Source: Candidatus Gastranaerophilales bacterium
GTDB lineage: Bacteria > Cyanobacteriota > Vampirovibrionia > Gastranaerophilales > Gastranaerophilaceae
NCBI GenBank assembly: GCA_944325085.1
Contig: CALUYT010000061.1
Location: forward strand, 29,241-93,240
DNA: 64,000 bases
Reading direction: 5' to 3'
The position numbers and the translations under genes are program-made. Below, one piece after another: positions 37,887 to 47,021 of the stretch; within the stretch, counting starts at the first letter, position 1, and each line of letters opens with the position of its first letter. The notes under the pieces are model-generated. The model made no database searches. It worked only from the letters and a program-made list of their open reading frames with translations, and was not told the origin of the DNA.

Positions 37887-39485
37887 TTATTTTCTTAATA
37901 TTTTTGCTGATAATCTATTAAACAACTCGCCAGCATATTCCATTTTTAATAATAAATTTAGCGGAATATATACAACAAGGCAGGTTATTGCTATTAGAGT
38001 TATCTTTGTGATTTCAAACGGAATTTTAGGTAGGTGTATAAGTTTGTCAATTTCTATAGCACATATAAAACATACCCCTAACGCTATGATACCTGAAATA
38101 ATCATTTTCAACAAGTTTGTGAACAATGATTTGTAATCCATTTTCATTTTTTTAGAAATTAATATTCCTAAAACGCAAGCATTAAACAAAGTTACCAAAG
38201 ATGTTGATAATGTTATACCACCAATACCAAAATGCATTCTGCTTATAAGTATATAGTTAAGTGCTAATTTAAGTACTATAGAAGATAGAGCAACAATAAA
38301 AGGTGTTGCAGAATCGTTAAATGAGTAATAAACTCTAGTTATAGAATCCCTAAATACATATGGAATAATAGAAACTGATAGAAACCAAAGTGCTTCTGTT
38401 ACCATAAATGTTGCATTAGAATCAAATACCCCATGTTCAAATACTAATCTTACAGCATCCATACCAACAACTAAAATTCCTATAATTATAGGTATTGCTC
38501 CAAAAAATAATACCCCAACACCTTTATTAAAATAGTTTTTAATACCGTCGTAATCTTTATCCGCAACCAGTCTTGCAAAAATTGGGAATAATGGTACTAA
38601 AAATGCTGTCACTAAAATTCCTACAGGGAATTGAAATATCCTATTGGCGTAGCCTATTGCGGTCCAGGCACCTTCTGAAATTGAAGAGGTGAAAAACATA
38701 TCAACATATATATGAATTTGGCCAACAGTAGAGCTCAAAACTGCAGGAAATAATAATTCGCATATTTCTTTAAAATTTTGGTTGTTTGTAAATTCAAAAA
38801 CAGGTTTTAATCTATATCCTAATTTTCTAATATTAGGATATTGAATAATTAGCTGTAAAACAGCACCAATTGTTGTTGCCCAAGCAAGAGCATAACCCTT
38901 TTGGTCATTTGGAACCGTCATAACAACAGCAATAATCGCTAAACTCATTATTATTGGTGATAAATTAGGCAGCATAAACTGTCTGTATATGATTAAAATT
39001 CCATAATATATTCCAACAATACCACCTATTACAAGTAATGGAGTCATAATTTTTAGGTGAGTTGCTGCAAGATTTACCATTTCAGAAGAACCGCCTGATA
39101 TAATTATTCCCATTATTTGTTTTGGAAATAAAAAGATTATTGCCGATAATATCAGAAAGAATATTATTGTTGCATTCATAAATGTTGAATATAATCTGTT
39201 CACTTCTTCAGATGGTTTTTTATCTAAATCAGGAATTAATTTTGAAAAAATTGCAACAGTTGCGCTGTGAAAAGGTCCGCCAACTCCACCTAATAAAATT
39301 AATGATAAAGATGGAATTTGGTATGCATAATAATATGCGTCAGAAACTAATGATGCACCATAATAATTTGCAATGATAATATCTCTTACAAATCCAATAA
39401 GTTTACTTACAATAGTTACAACAGCAATAAGCCATGCAGCTTTTAGTACACTTGGTGTTTTGTTTTCATTAGTTGTTGTTGTCAT
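37887..39485 (-). CDS. murJ: Lipid II flippase MurJ
   Basis: 532 aa, polytopic. N-terminal MurJ signature VSKLIGFVRDIIIANYYGASLVSDAYYYAYQIP. Confidence 0.9.
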   Translation of the reverse strand: MTTTTNENKTPSVLKAAWLIAVVTIVSKLIGFVRDIIIANYYGASLVSDAYYYAYQIPSLSLILLGGVGGPFHSATVAIFSKLIPDLDKKPSEEVNRLYSTFMNATIIFFLILSAIIFLFPKQIMGIIISGGSSEMVNLAATHLKIMTPLLVIGGIVGIYYGILIIYRQFMLPNLSPIIMSLAIIAVVMTVPNDQKGYALAWATTIGAVLQLIIQYPNIRKLGYRLKPVFEFTNNQNFKEICELLFPAVLSSTVGQIHIYVDMFFTSSISEGAWTAIGYANRIFQFPVGILVTAFLVPLFPIFARLVADKDYDGIKNYFNKGVGVLFFGAIPIIIGILVVGMDAVRLVFEHGVFDSNATFMVTEALWFLSVSIIPYVFRDSITRVYYSFNDSATPFIVALSSIVLKLALNYILISRMHFGIGGITLSTSLVTLFNACVLGILISKKMKMDYKSLFTNLLKMIISGIIALGVCFICAIEIDKLIHLPKIPFEITKITLIAITCLVVYIPLNLLLKMEYAGELFNRLSAKILRK

Positions 39486-41202
39486 TTTCTCCCGCCAGTT
39501 CTATGTACATCCTAATTCCTTTGTTGTGTCCTTGAATTGAAGGATATTTAAAAGTTACAGTATTTAATCCTTTTATTAAATATTGTGATAAATCTATTTG
39601 ATTATATCTTTGAGTTGTATCAAGAGCTATTTTTTCATCAACATTATTTATACAAGTATCTATATAGCTCATTTTATATTTGTTATCAATAACAAGGTAG
39701 GCTTTGGCATTTTTTGTCCAAAAACTTTGAGTTATTTGAGATTGATCAGAATTTGCGGATAAAATTATAGGTTCTGTTGCCAAAGTTATCCCATTATAAT
39801 AGTGTTTTAATATTTGGTCAAAAGTCATATGAAGGTCTTTGCCCATATGACCTGCTCCGTATTGGCTTAAGCCTACACCGTGACCAAAACCTCCACCGTA
39901 GGCTTTTATGTAGATTAATTCGCCGTTTTCATTATATTCATGTTCAAAAACTACATTTGCACTAGGTAAAGCTTTTCCATGATTTGTTAAAAGTCTTCTG
40001 ATAACCAGTTCTTTATCTACAGTGTAATTTCCATCATCAGTTTGAATTTCTAGTTCTATAATTTTCCCTGATTCGCCGCGTTTTTTAACATTTAATTTTT
40101 TGATAATACCGATGGTTTCCCCTTTATTTACTGCAGGTTTTACAAATCCGGTAGTGCTTTGTGATGCAATATTATTTTGCACTGCGTCTTGAATTTCTTG
40201 TCCGTTCCATTCTCTTTCCCAACGAAAATATGGTGATTCTTCATCAAAAGATTTTGGTTTAGATTTATAAAATTCAATGGCATCTTCTTCTTTGTTTAAC
40301 GGTTTTGTGTCTGAATAATCAGGGGTTGCTATCAGGTATGGTTTTTCTTCTGATGGGAATTTTTTTGTTATCGGATCGGAAAATGCATTTTTATAACTTT
40401 CTGTGTAGCCTCCAGCTGTTGAAGAATATTGGGCAAGAATTAAATCCCAACCATATAATGCAACAATTCCTGATGTTTCAGTTACAGCTTGATTAGATAA
40501 TGGATTTTCAGTGTTTGCTCCAAAATATACTTGGCTTGCTACTGAATCAACAACATCATAGTTTGGATTACTTTTTGTTCTTGGAGAAAGTACATAATTT
40601 CTTGCTGCAACACTTTGAGCTTTTAGTGCTTCCAATCCAAATCTTACAGGCATTTCATTTGGAACAACTCCTTTTAGATAATCTTCAACTTCTAAAACAT
40701 TTACAATATGAAATGTTCCGGGTTTTGAAGCTGGGACAAGTTCGAGTTCTCCTCTATAGATAGCATTTTTGCCTGCTCTTTTTAAATCTTGTATGCCTAA
40801 AAATCCAAAGTCTGTTTTGAATTTTATTGGACCTGAAACTTTTGCAATTACGTTATCTTCGACATCTTTTAAAACAAAGATTCTTCCAACCATTGATATT
40901 TTTACTAAATTATCATTGTCGTAAGTATTGATGTATGTTTTGTTATTATATACTTCAAATTCTCCAGTACCATATATTGAAGCATTTTCCCAAAGATATG
41001 AGGCAAAATTTAAAGTTCCTATGCCAACTCTAACAGTTTTTGATTTTGGTGAATTTGAATATTGGTTTTCGGAATCTCTTGCAATTTGTAAAGTAGTTTC
41101 AGGAATATTTCCAAATAACGCAGCAGAATGTGATGGTGCTGCAAATAGTACCAACGCTGTTATGAGCGATAATTTAAAAATGTTTTTTATTTTGCTTCCC
41201 AA
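39469..41202 (-). CDS. SpoIID/LytB domain protein (lytic transglycosylase-like)
   Basis: Signal peptide, then VPNEMP..FGLEALKAQSVAARNY and QYSSTAGGYTES motifs. TTG start at 41202. Overlaps cysS by 16 nt and murJ by 17 nt. Confidence 0.8.
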   Translation of the reverse strand: MGSKIKNIFKLSLITALVLFAAPSHSAALFGNIPETTLQIARDSENQYSNSPKSKTVRVGIGTLNFASYLWENASIYGTGEFEVYNNKTYINTYDNDNLVKISMVGRIFVLKDVEDNVIAKVSGPIKFKTDFGFLGIQDLKRAGKNAIYRGELELVPASKPGTFHIVNVLEVEDYLKGVVPNEMPVRFGLEALKAQSVAARNYVLSPRTKSNPNYDVVDSVASQVYFGANTENPLSNQAVTETSGIVALYGWDLILAQYSSTAGGYTESYKNAFSDPITKKFPSEEKPYLIATPDYSDTKPLNKEEDAIEFYKSKPKSFDEESPYFRWEREWNGQEIQDAVQNNIASQSTTGFVKPAVNKGETIGIIKKLNVKKRGESGKIIELEIQTDDGNYTVDKELVIRRLLTNHGKALPSANVVFEHEYNENGELIYIKAYGGGFGHGVGLSQYGAGHMGKDLHMTFDQILKHYYNGITLATEPIILSANSDQSQITQSFWTKNAKAYLVIDNKYKMSYIDTCINNVDEKIALDTTQRYNQIDLSQYLIKGLNTVTFKYPSIQGHNKGIRMYIELAGENDNNN

Positions 41203-42560
41203 GTTGTGCCTTCTTTAGTATCTTTCAGTACAACTCCAGCACTGTCTAGTGCAATTCTTATTTTATCTGCAATTTCCCAATTCTTTTCAGCTCTTGCTTG
41301 TTTTCTTAATTCAATAATTTCTTCCATTGAATTAAATTGCTGACCAAGAGCATTTGAAGTTTTTTCTATTGCAGTTTTAATTTCTTCTTCTGAAAGTGAT
41401 GCTTTTTCAAATGTAAAACCTAGTGTTGTTCCAAGTTTGTATAATATAGTATATGCATCTTTTTCACCTTTGTTAGCTTTTGTTGCAAGATCAAAAAGAA
41501 CTGCAAGGGCTTTAGATGTATTTAAGTCTTCATCCATTGCTTCAACAAAAGTTTTATATTCGTCGGTTGTTGTAATATCAAGATTTTCGTTAATTGGTGT
41601 TTGTTTTGCATTGACTAATCTTTTTGCACCTGCTTGTGCTGATGTTAATGCTTCATCTGAAAATTCTACAGGCATTCTGTAGTGATTAGTTAAGATAAAT
41701 AATCTTAATGTATTGGCGTCATAATTTTTAAGCATATCATCTATAGTTAAGAAATTGCCTAAAGATTTTGACATTTTTTCTTTGTTTATTGTAACAAAGC
41801 CGTTGTGTAACCAATAATTTACGAATTTACAACCATTAGCACATTCAGATTGTGCAATTTCATTTTCGTGATGTGGAAATATTAGGTCTGCGCCGCCAGC
41901 GTGGATATCAATAGTTTTTCCTAAATATTTTCTGCTCATTGCTGAACATTCGATGTGCCAACCAGGGCGTCCAACTCCCCAAGGTGAATTGTATCCGAAT
42001 TTTTCATCTTTTTTCCAAAGCGCAAAGTCTAGTGGATCTTCTTTTTGTTCTCCTACTTCAATTCTAGCTCCGCTTTCCAATTGGTCGATTGGTTGTTTTG
42101 ATAAATATCCGTATTTAGGAAATCGTTTTACTCTAAAATATACATCGCCATTTGATTCGTAAGCATATCCTTTTGATATTAAATCTTTTACAATAGAAAT
42201 CATTTCACCTAATGTTTTTGTTGCAAAAGGTTCGATATCAGGTTTTAAGGTATTTAAAGCTTTCATAGAGTTTTCAAATTGTTTGTACCAATATTGAGAA
42301 ACTTCTGTTGGCGTTTTTCCTTCTTTTTCTGCCTTTTTTAGAATTTTATCGTCAACATCTGTAACATTACGACAGTATGTTACGTCATATCCTTTAAATT
42401 TTAAATATCTATATAATACATCCCAAGTGATATAACATCTGGCATGTCCAAGATGGGCATAATCATATACTGTAGGCCCACAAACATACATTTTTACTTT
42501 ATTTTCTTCTATTGGTTTAAATTCTTCAAGTTGATTGCTGTAAGAGTTAAATAATTTCAT
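41187..42560 (-). CDS. cysS: Cysteine--tRNA ligase
   Basis: HIGH-type motif AHLGHARCY, KMSKSLGN, and the zinc-ligand context CGPTVYD. Confidence 0.95.
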   Translation of the reverse strand: MKLFNSYSNQLEEFKPIEENKVKMYVCGPTVYDYAHLGHARCYITWDVLYRYLKFKGYDVTYCRNVTDVDDKILKKAEKEGKTPTEVSQYWYKQFENSMKALNTLKPDIEPFATKTLGEMISIVKDLISKGYAYESNGDVYFRVKRFPKYGYLSKQPIDQLESGARIEVGEQKEDPLDFALWKKDEKFGYNSPWGVGRPGWHIECSAMSRKYLGKTIDIHAGGADLIFPHHENEIAQSECANGCKFVNYWLHNGFVTINKEKMSKSLGNFLTIDDMLKNYDANTLRLFILTNHYRMPVEFSDEALTSAQAGAKRLVNAKQTPINENLDITTTDEYKTFVEAMDEDLNTSKALAVLFDLATKANKGEKDAYTILYKLGTTLGFTFEKASLSEEEIKTAIEKTSNALGQQFNSMEEIIELRKQARAEKNWEIADKIRIALDSAGVVLKDTKEGTTWEAK

Positions 42561-42710
42561 AAAATTCCCTCATTTATATCTGTAATTTTACAACAAACAT
42601 GATTTTTATATTAACGATTGTAAAAAGAAATAAAATTATAGGCAAATTTGTATATACAAAATACTTATTATGTATATATTGTGAAAGTGCTTAATGAGTA
42701 AGGAGAAACT

Positions 42711-43499
42711 ATGACCAATTTAAAAATTACACAATCAACAGCCAGAGAGTACACAACTTCAACAAATAGTAAGGACGTAAATGCTTCTCAAAAAACTAAT
42801 TCAAAAAAAACTTATGTTCCGTTAGTACAGAATGAGAATCAATCAAAAGCAGAGAAGAGCACTTCTAAAGCTCCAACCAGACCAAAACCTGAAGGTATTA
42901 AGAATATTAAAGTAGAGATGGGTGACAACTTATTCTATCTTGCTACAAAATATCATGTTTCAATGGATGATGTATTAGCTGCAAATCCAAAGTTAGATCC
43001 TGATAAACTTAAAGAGGGACAAACTTTGAAAATGCCTTATGTTTCAGATAAGAATTGGGACTCATATATAAGTGCAAAAGAAGCTTATGAAGCTAAGGAA
43101 CTTGCAGAATTCGAAGCTAATGAAAAACTTATGCAAACTAAAAAGTTGCAAAAAAGAATAAATTTAGCTAAGGCTAAAATTGAGGAAGCAAATGAATTAA
43201 AATATAATAAAGATTACAATTTTAATGTTGATCCAAAAACAGGTAATATTATAATCACATTGAAAGAAGCAAAAGAATTAGGCGATATAAGACGTGATTT
43301 TAAGCTTCCTGCAGGTCATTTGAAAGAAATGAATCCTGAAATAACTAAAAAATATAAACCTGGTAAGTTATTTAATTTAGATGAAATGGTTCGTAAAAAT
43401 GATTGGGACGAAGCAGAAGCAGGTAAAGATGATAAATTTATTGTTAAACCTGAAGTCTTTAAGCCGTACAAAGGTTTCTTGGGTGAACTTTTTGACTAA
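42711..43499 (+). CDS. LysM domain protein without recognisable signal peptide
   Basis: LysM unit IKVEMGDNLFYLATKYHVSMDDVLAANPKLDPDKLKEGQTLKMP. Polar S/T/K-rich N-terminus. AAGGAG Shine-Dalgarno before the ATG. Confidence 0.7.
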   Translation: MTNLKITQSTAREYTTSTNSKDVNASQKTNSKKTYVPLVQNENQSKAEKSTSKAPTRPKPEGIKNIKVEMGDNLFYLATKYHVSMDDVLAANPKLDPDKLKEGQTLKMPYVSDKNWDSYISAKEAYEAKELAEFEANEKLMQTKKLQKRINLAKAKIEEANELKYNKDYNFNVDPKTGNIIITLKEAKELGDIRRDFKLPAGHLKEMNPEITKKYKPGKLFNLDEMVRKNDWDEAEAGKDDKFIVKPEVFKPYKGFLGELFD

Positions 43500-44137
43500 A
43501 TAGAATCAAAAATTTTAAATATGGGCGAGATAAGTTCTTCAACAGGGCATGTCTCGTCCATTTCTAATGTTATTGTTGGAATATTTCTTTCTACTCCGCA
43601 ATATGTACCAAAGCTTCCTGGAGTTGGGTAGCCTATACTTTCTTCGACTGGGTATTTTATTATAGCTGAAATCTTTTGAGCAATTTCTTTTGCAGGACCG
43701 TCATAATTGACGACCTTGTATGGTGTATGCAGTGTTATGACAAGCTTTGGATTGTATTTTTCTATGGTATCTATTAGAAACTGTGTTTCTATTTCACTTG
43801 CAGGAGATTTTCCACCATAATAATTTGAAGTAACATCATCACAAGTTGCATTTTCACCTTTGTTTTCGCCCCAATTTTTGGTTGGGAAATTCCTATTCAA
43901 GTCAACTTTTGAAGCATTTGTTCTTGTTCCTAATTGTTTACCATCAGGGTTCAGGCATGGAATAAACAGGTGCGTAGAATTCGGATTTTCTTTTAAATAT
44001 TTTGCAATTAAGTATTCTCCTTGTGGCTCATCTCCGTGCACTACTCCTATTATAAGAATATTGTCGTGATTTTTGTTTCCAAGTAAATATACTTTGTTTC
44101 CTAATTTAGTTGTTACTAAATTTAAGACATCTACCAA
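43496..44137 (-). CDS. M14-family zinc carboxypeptidase/amidase (MpaA-like murein peptide amidase)
   Basis: Zinc motif GVVHGDEPQGE (HxxE), DLNRNFP and a later TLH. TTG start at 44137, 8 nt after AAGAGG. No signal peptide. Confidence 0.7.
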   Translation of the reverse strand: MVDVLNLVTTKLGNKVYLLGNKNHDNILIIGVVHGDEPQGEYLIAKYLKENPNSTHLFIPCLNPDGKQLGTRTNASKVDLNRNFPTKNWGENKGENATCDDVTSNYYGGKSPASEIETQFLIDTIEKYNPKLVITLHTPYKVVNYDGPAKEIAQKISAIIKYPVEESIGYPTPGSFGTYCGVERNIPTITLEMDETCPVEELISPIFKIFDSI

Positions 44138-44154
44138 TTTTTTGCCTCTTTTTA

Positions 44155-45072
44155 TTATTCAAATAGTGCTTCGATAAATGAGTTTGGGTCAAACGCTTTA
44201 AGATCTTCCATTTTTTCCCCAACTCCAACAAGTTTTACAGGTAATTTCATTTCTTTAGCTATAGCTAAAATTATTGCACCTTTTGCGCTTCCATCAAGTT
44301 TTGTTAGTGCTACAGAGGTTAAATTTACAGCTTGAGTGAAGACTTTTGCTTGTTGTAAACCATTTTGACCTGTGTTTGCATCTATTACTAAGATACTTTC
44401 TCTTAATGCTTCAGGTGCTTGTTTATCTATTACGGTTTTAATCTTTTTTAATTCTTCCATCAAGTTGAATTTGTTCTGCAAACGACCTGCTGTATCTACT
44501 AAAATTACGTCGTATTTTTCATTTTTAGCTTTTTGTATTGCTTCATATACAACAGATGCCGGATCTGCTTTGTCTTTTCTAACTATATCTGCGCCTGCTC
44601 TATCTGACCAAATGTTCAATTGTTCTTCTGCGGCTGCTCTAAATGTATCTCCTGCGGCTATTAAAACTTTTTTACCATCTTTTTTGAAAAGATATGCCAT
44701 TTTGGCAATAAGAGTGGTTTTTCCTGCTCCGTTTACACCTGCTATAAAATAGATGTTGAGTTCGTTTTCTTTGTAATTTAACTCTGTTGGGCCTGCTTCT
44801 TCTAGTGTCTTTTTAAATTCTGTTTTTAAATAATTTTTTAATTCGGAAGGTTTTGCGTCTTTCTTTGCCCTCAAATTATCCACTAATTCTGCTGCATAAT
44901 TTACGCCTAAATCAGCGCCTATAAGTGTGTCTTCTATATCGTCTAGTGCAAATTCAGAATAAACTTCTTCTTCTGTATCAACGGCTGCTACAACATTTCC
45001 AACTAGGGATTGTGCAGTATTTGATACGGCTTTTTTGATATCATTTAACTTGTCTTTAAAAAATCCGAACAT
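44155..45072 (-). CDS. ftsY: Signal recognition particle receptor FtsY
   Basis: NG domain motifs GVNGAGKTTLIAK, DTAGRLQN and TKLDGSAKGA. 305 aa. Confidence 0.9.
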   Translation of the reverse strand: MFGFFKDKLNDIKKAVSNTAQSLVGNVVAAVDTEEEVYSEFALDDIEDTLIGADLGVNYAAELVDNLRAKKDAKPSELKNYLKTEFKKTLEEAGPTELNYKENELNIYFIAGVNGAGKTTLIAKMAYLFKKDGKKVLIAAGDTFRAAAEEQLNIWSDRAGADIVRKDKADPASVVYEAIQKAKNEKYDVILVDTAGRLQNKFNLMEELKKIKTVIDKQAPEALRESILVIDANTGQNGLQQAKVFTQAVNLTSVALTKLDGSAKGAIILAIAKEMKLPVKLVGVGEKMEDLKAFDPNSFIEALFE

Positions 45073-45092
45073 AGCTGAATAATAACATGAAT

Positions 45093-45314
45093 TTATTTAT
45101 TTTTCATCCATAATCTGAAAAATCTTATCTGCCTTTTTAATAATTTATATTTCTTTTTAAATCCCTTTGGATGCATTATCATATCGGTTATAATAAATTT
45201 TAGATATATAATTTCGCCAAGTATCGAGTTTGGGAGTATTATATCTTCATCTTCATTAAAATTAGTTGTGTCGTTCATTCTTAATTCTTGTCTTATTATA
45301 TAAAATAATGTCAT
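45093..45314 (-). CDS. Hypothetical small protein (doubtful)
   Basis: 73-codon ORF 20 nt upstream of ftsY. Basic C-terminus, no Shine-Dalgarno seen, no family. May be a spurious ORF in a promoter region. Confidence 0.3.
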   Translation of the reverse strand: MTLFYIIRQELRMNDTTNFNEDEDIILPNSILGEIIYLKFIITDMIMHPKGFKKKYKLLKRQIRFFRLWMKNK

Positions 45315-45376
45315 GTATAATATAACAACGATTTATAATTTTGTCAATTTTAAAGAATATAAATAAACTGTTGTAT

Positions 45377-45592
45377 ATGATGGATATTTATGAAGAAGTT
45401 AGAATATTATTACTACGTAAGGGTTTATCTATGCGTAAGCTGGCATTAAAAATGAAAGATGTAGGATATAATGTTCCAGTTGCAGGTGGTCTATCGGATT
45501 CTTTTAGTAAAAAGCGTATTAGGTTTCAAACCGTGCAGGAAATTTTGGATTTCCTTGGCTATGAGTTGGTTATTCGTGAAAAGAAAAAATAA
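45377..45592 (+). CDS. Small helix-turn-helix (XRE/Cro-like) DNA-binding protein
   Basis: 71 aa from ATG 45377. GLSMRKLALKMKDVGYNV looks like an HTH, followed by a short C-terminal strand. The ORF track opens at 45341. Confidence 0.5.
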   Translation: MMDIYEEVRILLLRKGLSMRKLALKMKDVGYNVPVAGGLSDSFSKKRIRFQTVQEILDFLGYELVIREKKK

Positions 45593-45618
45593 AAACAAGG
45601 CTTTCACCTTGTTTTTAT
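45593..45618. terminator. Intrinsic terminator between the HTH gene (+) and nusB (-)
   Basis: AAAACAAGG-CTTTCA-CCTTGTTTTT: short stem with a flanking A-run and T-run. Confidence 0.5.
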
Positions 45619-45644
45619 TTTGTATATTAAATCTTTTTTGTTTA

Positions 45645-46304
45645 TTATTGAATACCATTATCAACGATAACTTTTGCAAGTACTCCGTTTATGAAGGTTG
45701 CGCTGTCGTCTGTTGAGTATTTTTTAGCTAATTCTAAAGCTTCGTCAACAACTACTTTCATTGGAGCTTCTTTGATGTATAACAATTCAGATATAGCTAT
45801 TCTTAGAATGTCTTTATCCATTTTTACAAGTCTGTCAAAATCCCAACCTGTAGAATATTGTTTAATCATATCATCGATTTCTTTGTGATTTTTTTGATAT
45901 GCTTCCGCAATTGTTATTGCATAGTTTTGAACGTCACTTTGAGATTCTAGTGTTGTGAATTCTGCTATTTCTAGTGCTAAAAGAGCTTTTTCTGCAACTT
46001 CGATCATTTCATCTATACGACCAGTCATATCAGATGTTAATGGTAAAGGTACAGCAATGTTTGCAGCTTCTAATGGTCTATTTAAGTTGATTTCATGTTC
46101 TGCTTCATAATCATCAATTTTATTTCTCATATCAAGTAGTGAACCTAGAGAGATTTTTAACTCATCTTTAGCGTTACTAGATAATATTCTTACTGATTTT
46201 AAAATTATGTCGTCTAAATTCTCTTTTGAATAGTTTGTAATCTTTTTATCAAATTGTGAAAATAATATAAATGCCAATTCTCTGGCTGCTCTGCGCGCTT
46301 GCAT
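45645..46304 (-). CDS. nusB: Transcription antitermination factor NusB (long form)
   Basis: N-terminus ARRAARELAFILFSQ and C-terminal block RLVKMDKDILRIAISELLYIKEAPMKVVVDEALELAKKYSTDDSATFINGVL. 219 aa with a central insertion. Confidence 0.8.
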   Translation of the reverse strand: MQARRAARELAFILFSQFDKKITNYSKENLDDIILKSVRILSSNAKDELKISLGSLLDMRNKIDDYEAEHEINLNRPLEAANIAVPLPLTSDMTGRIDEMIEVAEKALLALEIAEFTTLESQSDVQNYAITIAEAYQKNHKEIDDMIKQYSTGWDFDRLVKMDKDILRIAISELLYIKEAPMKVVVDEALELAKKYSTDDSATFINGVLAKVIVDNGIQ

Positions 46305-46408
46305 ATGTTACCTCATAAATTTTTCATATTTTATTACTTTATACTTCTCTATGCTAGCATGAAAAATTTTTTATCACAATAATATTTAAATAATACCTGT
46401 TTTGTGTT

Positions 46409-46936
46409 TTATTTTGTTTTGAATTTAAAAAAGTTTTTAAGGTGGAATTCTATGATCTCTAATCTGCTGGATTTTTCCGGACAAATATTTATTTTTCCAG
46501 GGGCTGTTCCAAATTCTCTGCATATTGGAGGACGATGTTCATATACACTACATCTTCCATAATCTGTTATAAACGGACAATAATTTTTAAAATCTTCGTA
46601 TCTTTGCATTAATTCTTGAATTTGTTCCATACTTTTGATTTGGAGTTGCTCCATTAGTCTTTTAGGAACTCCCATAATTTTATTGCCATATTGATCAAAT
46701 CCTACTATTTGGATTGGATTTGGTGTTGTATTGTAAATTATTGAGTTGAAGGTATCTCTTGGATCGTTTTGTCCAATGTTTATACCACTGTATATTTGGC
46801 GTTGTATTCTACTTTCAAATTTAGGTAAAAAATCTTCCGGTAGTGGCGCGTTTATACAACATTTAGCTTCACATTTAGGTATGAAACATTTTGTTGGTGA
46901 TAGTATGTAATTTCTTATTTTTGAATAATATGTCAT
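46409..46936 (-). CDS. YkgJ-family cysteine-cluster (zinc/iron-chelating) protein
   Basis: CEAKCCINAPLP ... YCPFITDYGRCSVYEHRPPICREFG matches the CxxCC...C-x-[IV]-[YH]-x-x-RP-x-x-CR pattern of that family. Confidence 0.7.
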   Translation of the reverse strand: MTYYSKIRNYILSPTKCFIPKCEAKCCINAPLPEDFLPKFESRIQRQIYSGINIGQNDPRDTFNSIIYNTTPNPIQIVGFDQYGNKIMGVPKRLMEQLQIKSMEQIQELMQRYEDFKNYCPFITDYGRCSVYEHRPPICREFGTAPGKINICPEKSSRLEIIEFHLKNFFKFKTK

Positions 46937-46970
46937 ATCAAGTTTAAAACTTCTAAAAAAATTTTTTGCT

Positions 46971-47004
46971 AAAAAAAGACCGAGGTATTTCCTCGGTCTT
47001 TTTT
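46971..47004 (-). terminator. Intrinsic terminator downstream of rpsA
   Basis: GACCGAGG-TATTT-CCTCGGTC: 8-bp GC-rich stem with a run of T on the minus strand (plus-strand A7 at 46971..46977). Confidence 0.75.
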
Positions 47005-47021
47005 ATGTTTAGCTGTTTTTA

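Noticed and set aside
40368-40393. TAAA-N15-CCGATAA (minus strand) inside the SpoIID-like gene, and GCCGATAA at 39142..39149 (plus strand) inside murJ
   Set aside because: Both are deep inside coding regions. The first has a spacing one shorter than consensus. The second has no TAAA at the right distance and is on the wrong strand for any downstream gene. They are likely chance matches.
42561-42710. Looked for a T-box leader upstream of cysS
   Set aside because: The 150-nt gap is shared with a divergent promoter. It is almost pure A/T and lacks a T-box sequence or terminator/antiterminator pair.
44372-44752. 126-aa plus-strand ORF inside ftsY
   Set aside because: It is antisense to the conserved FtsY NG domain.
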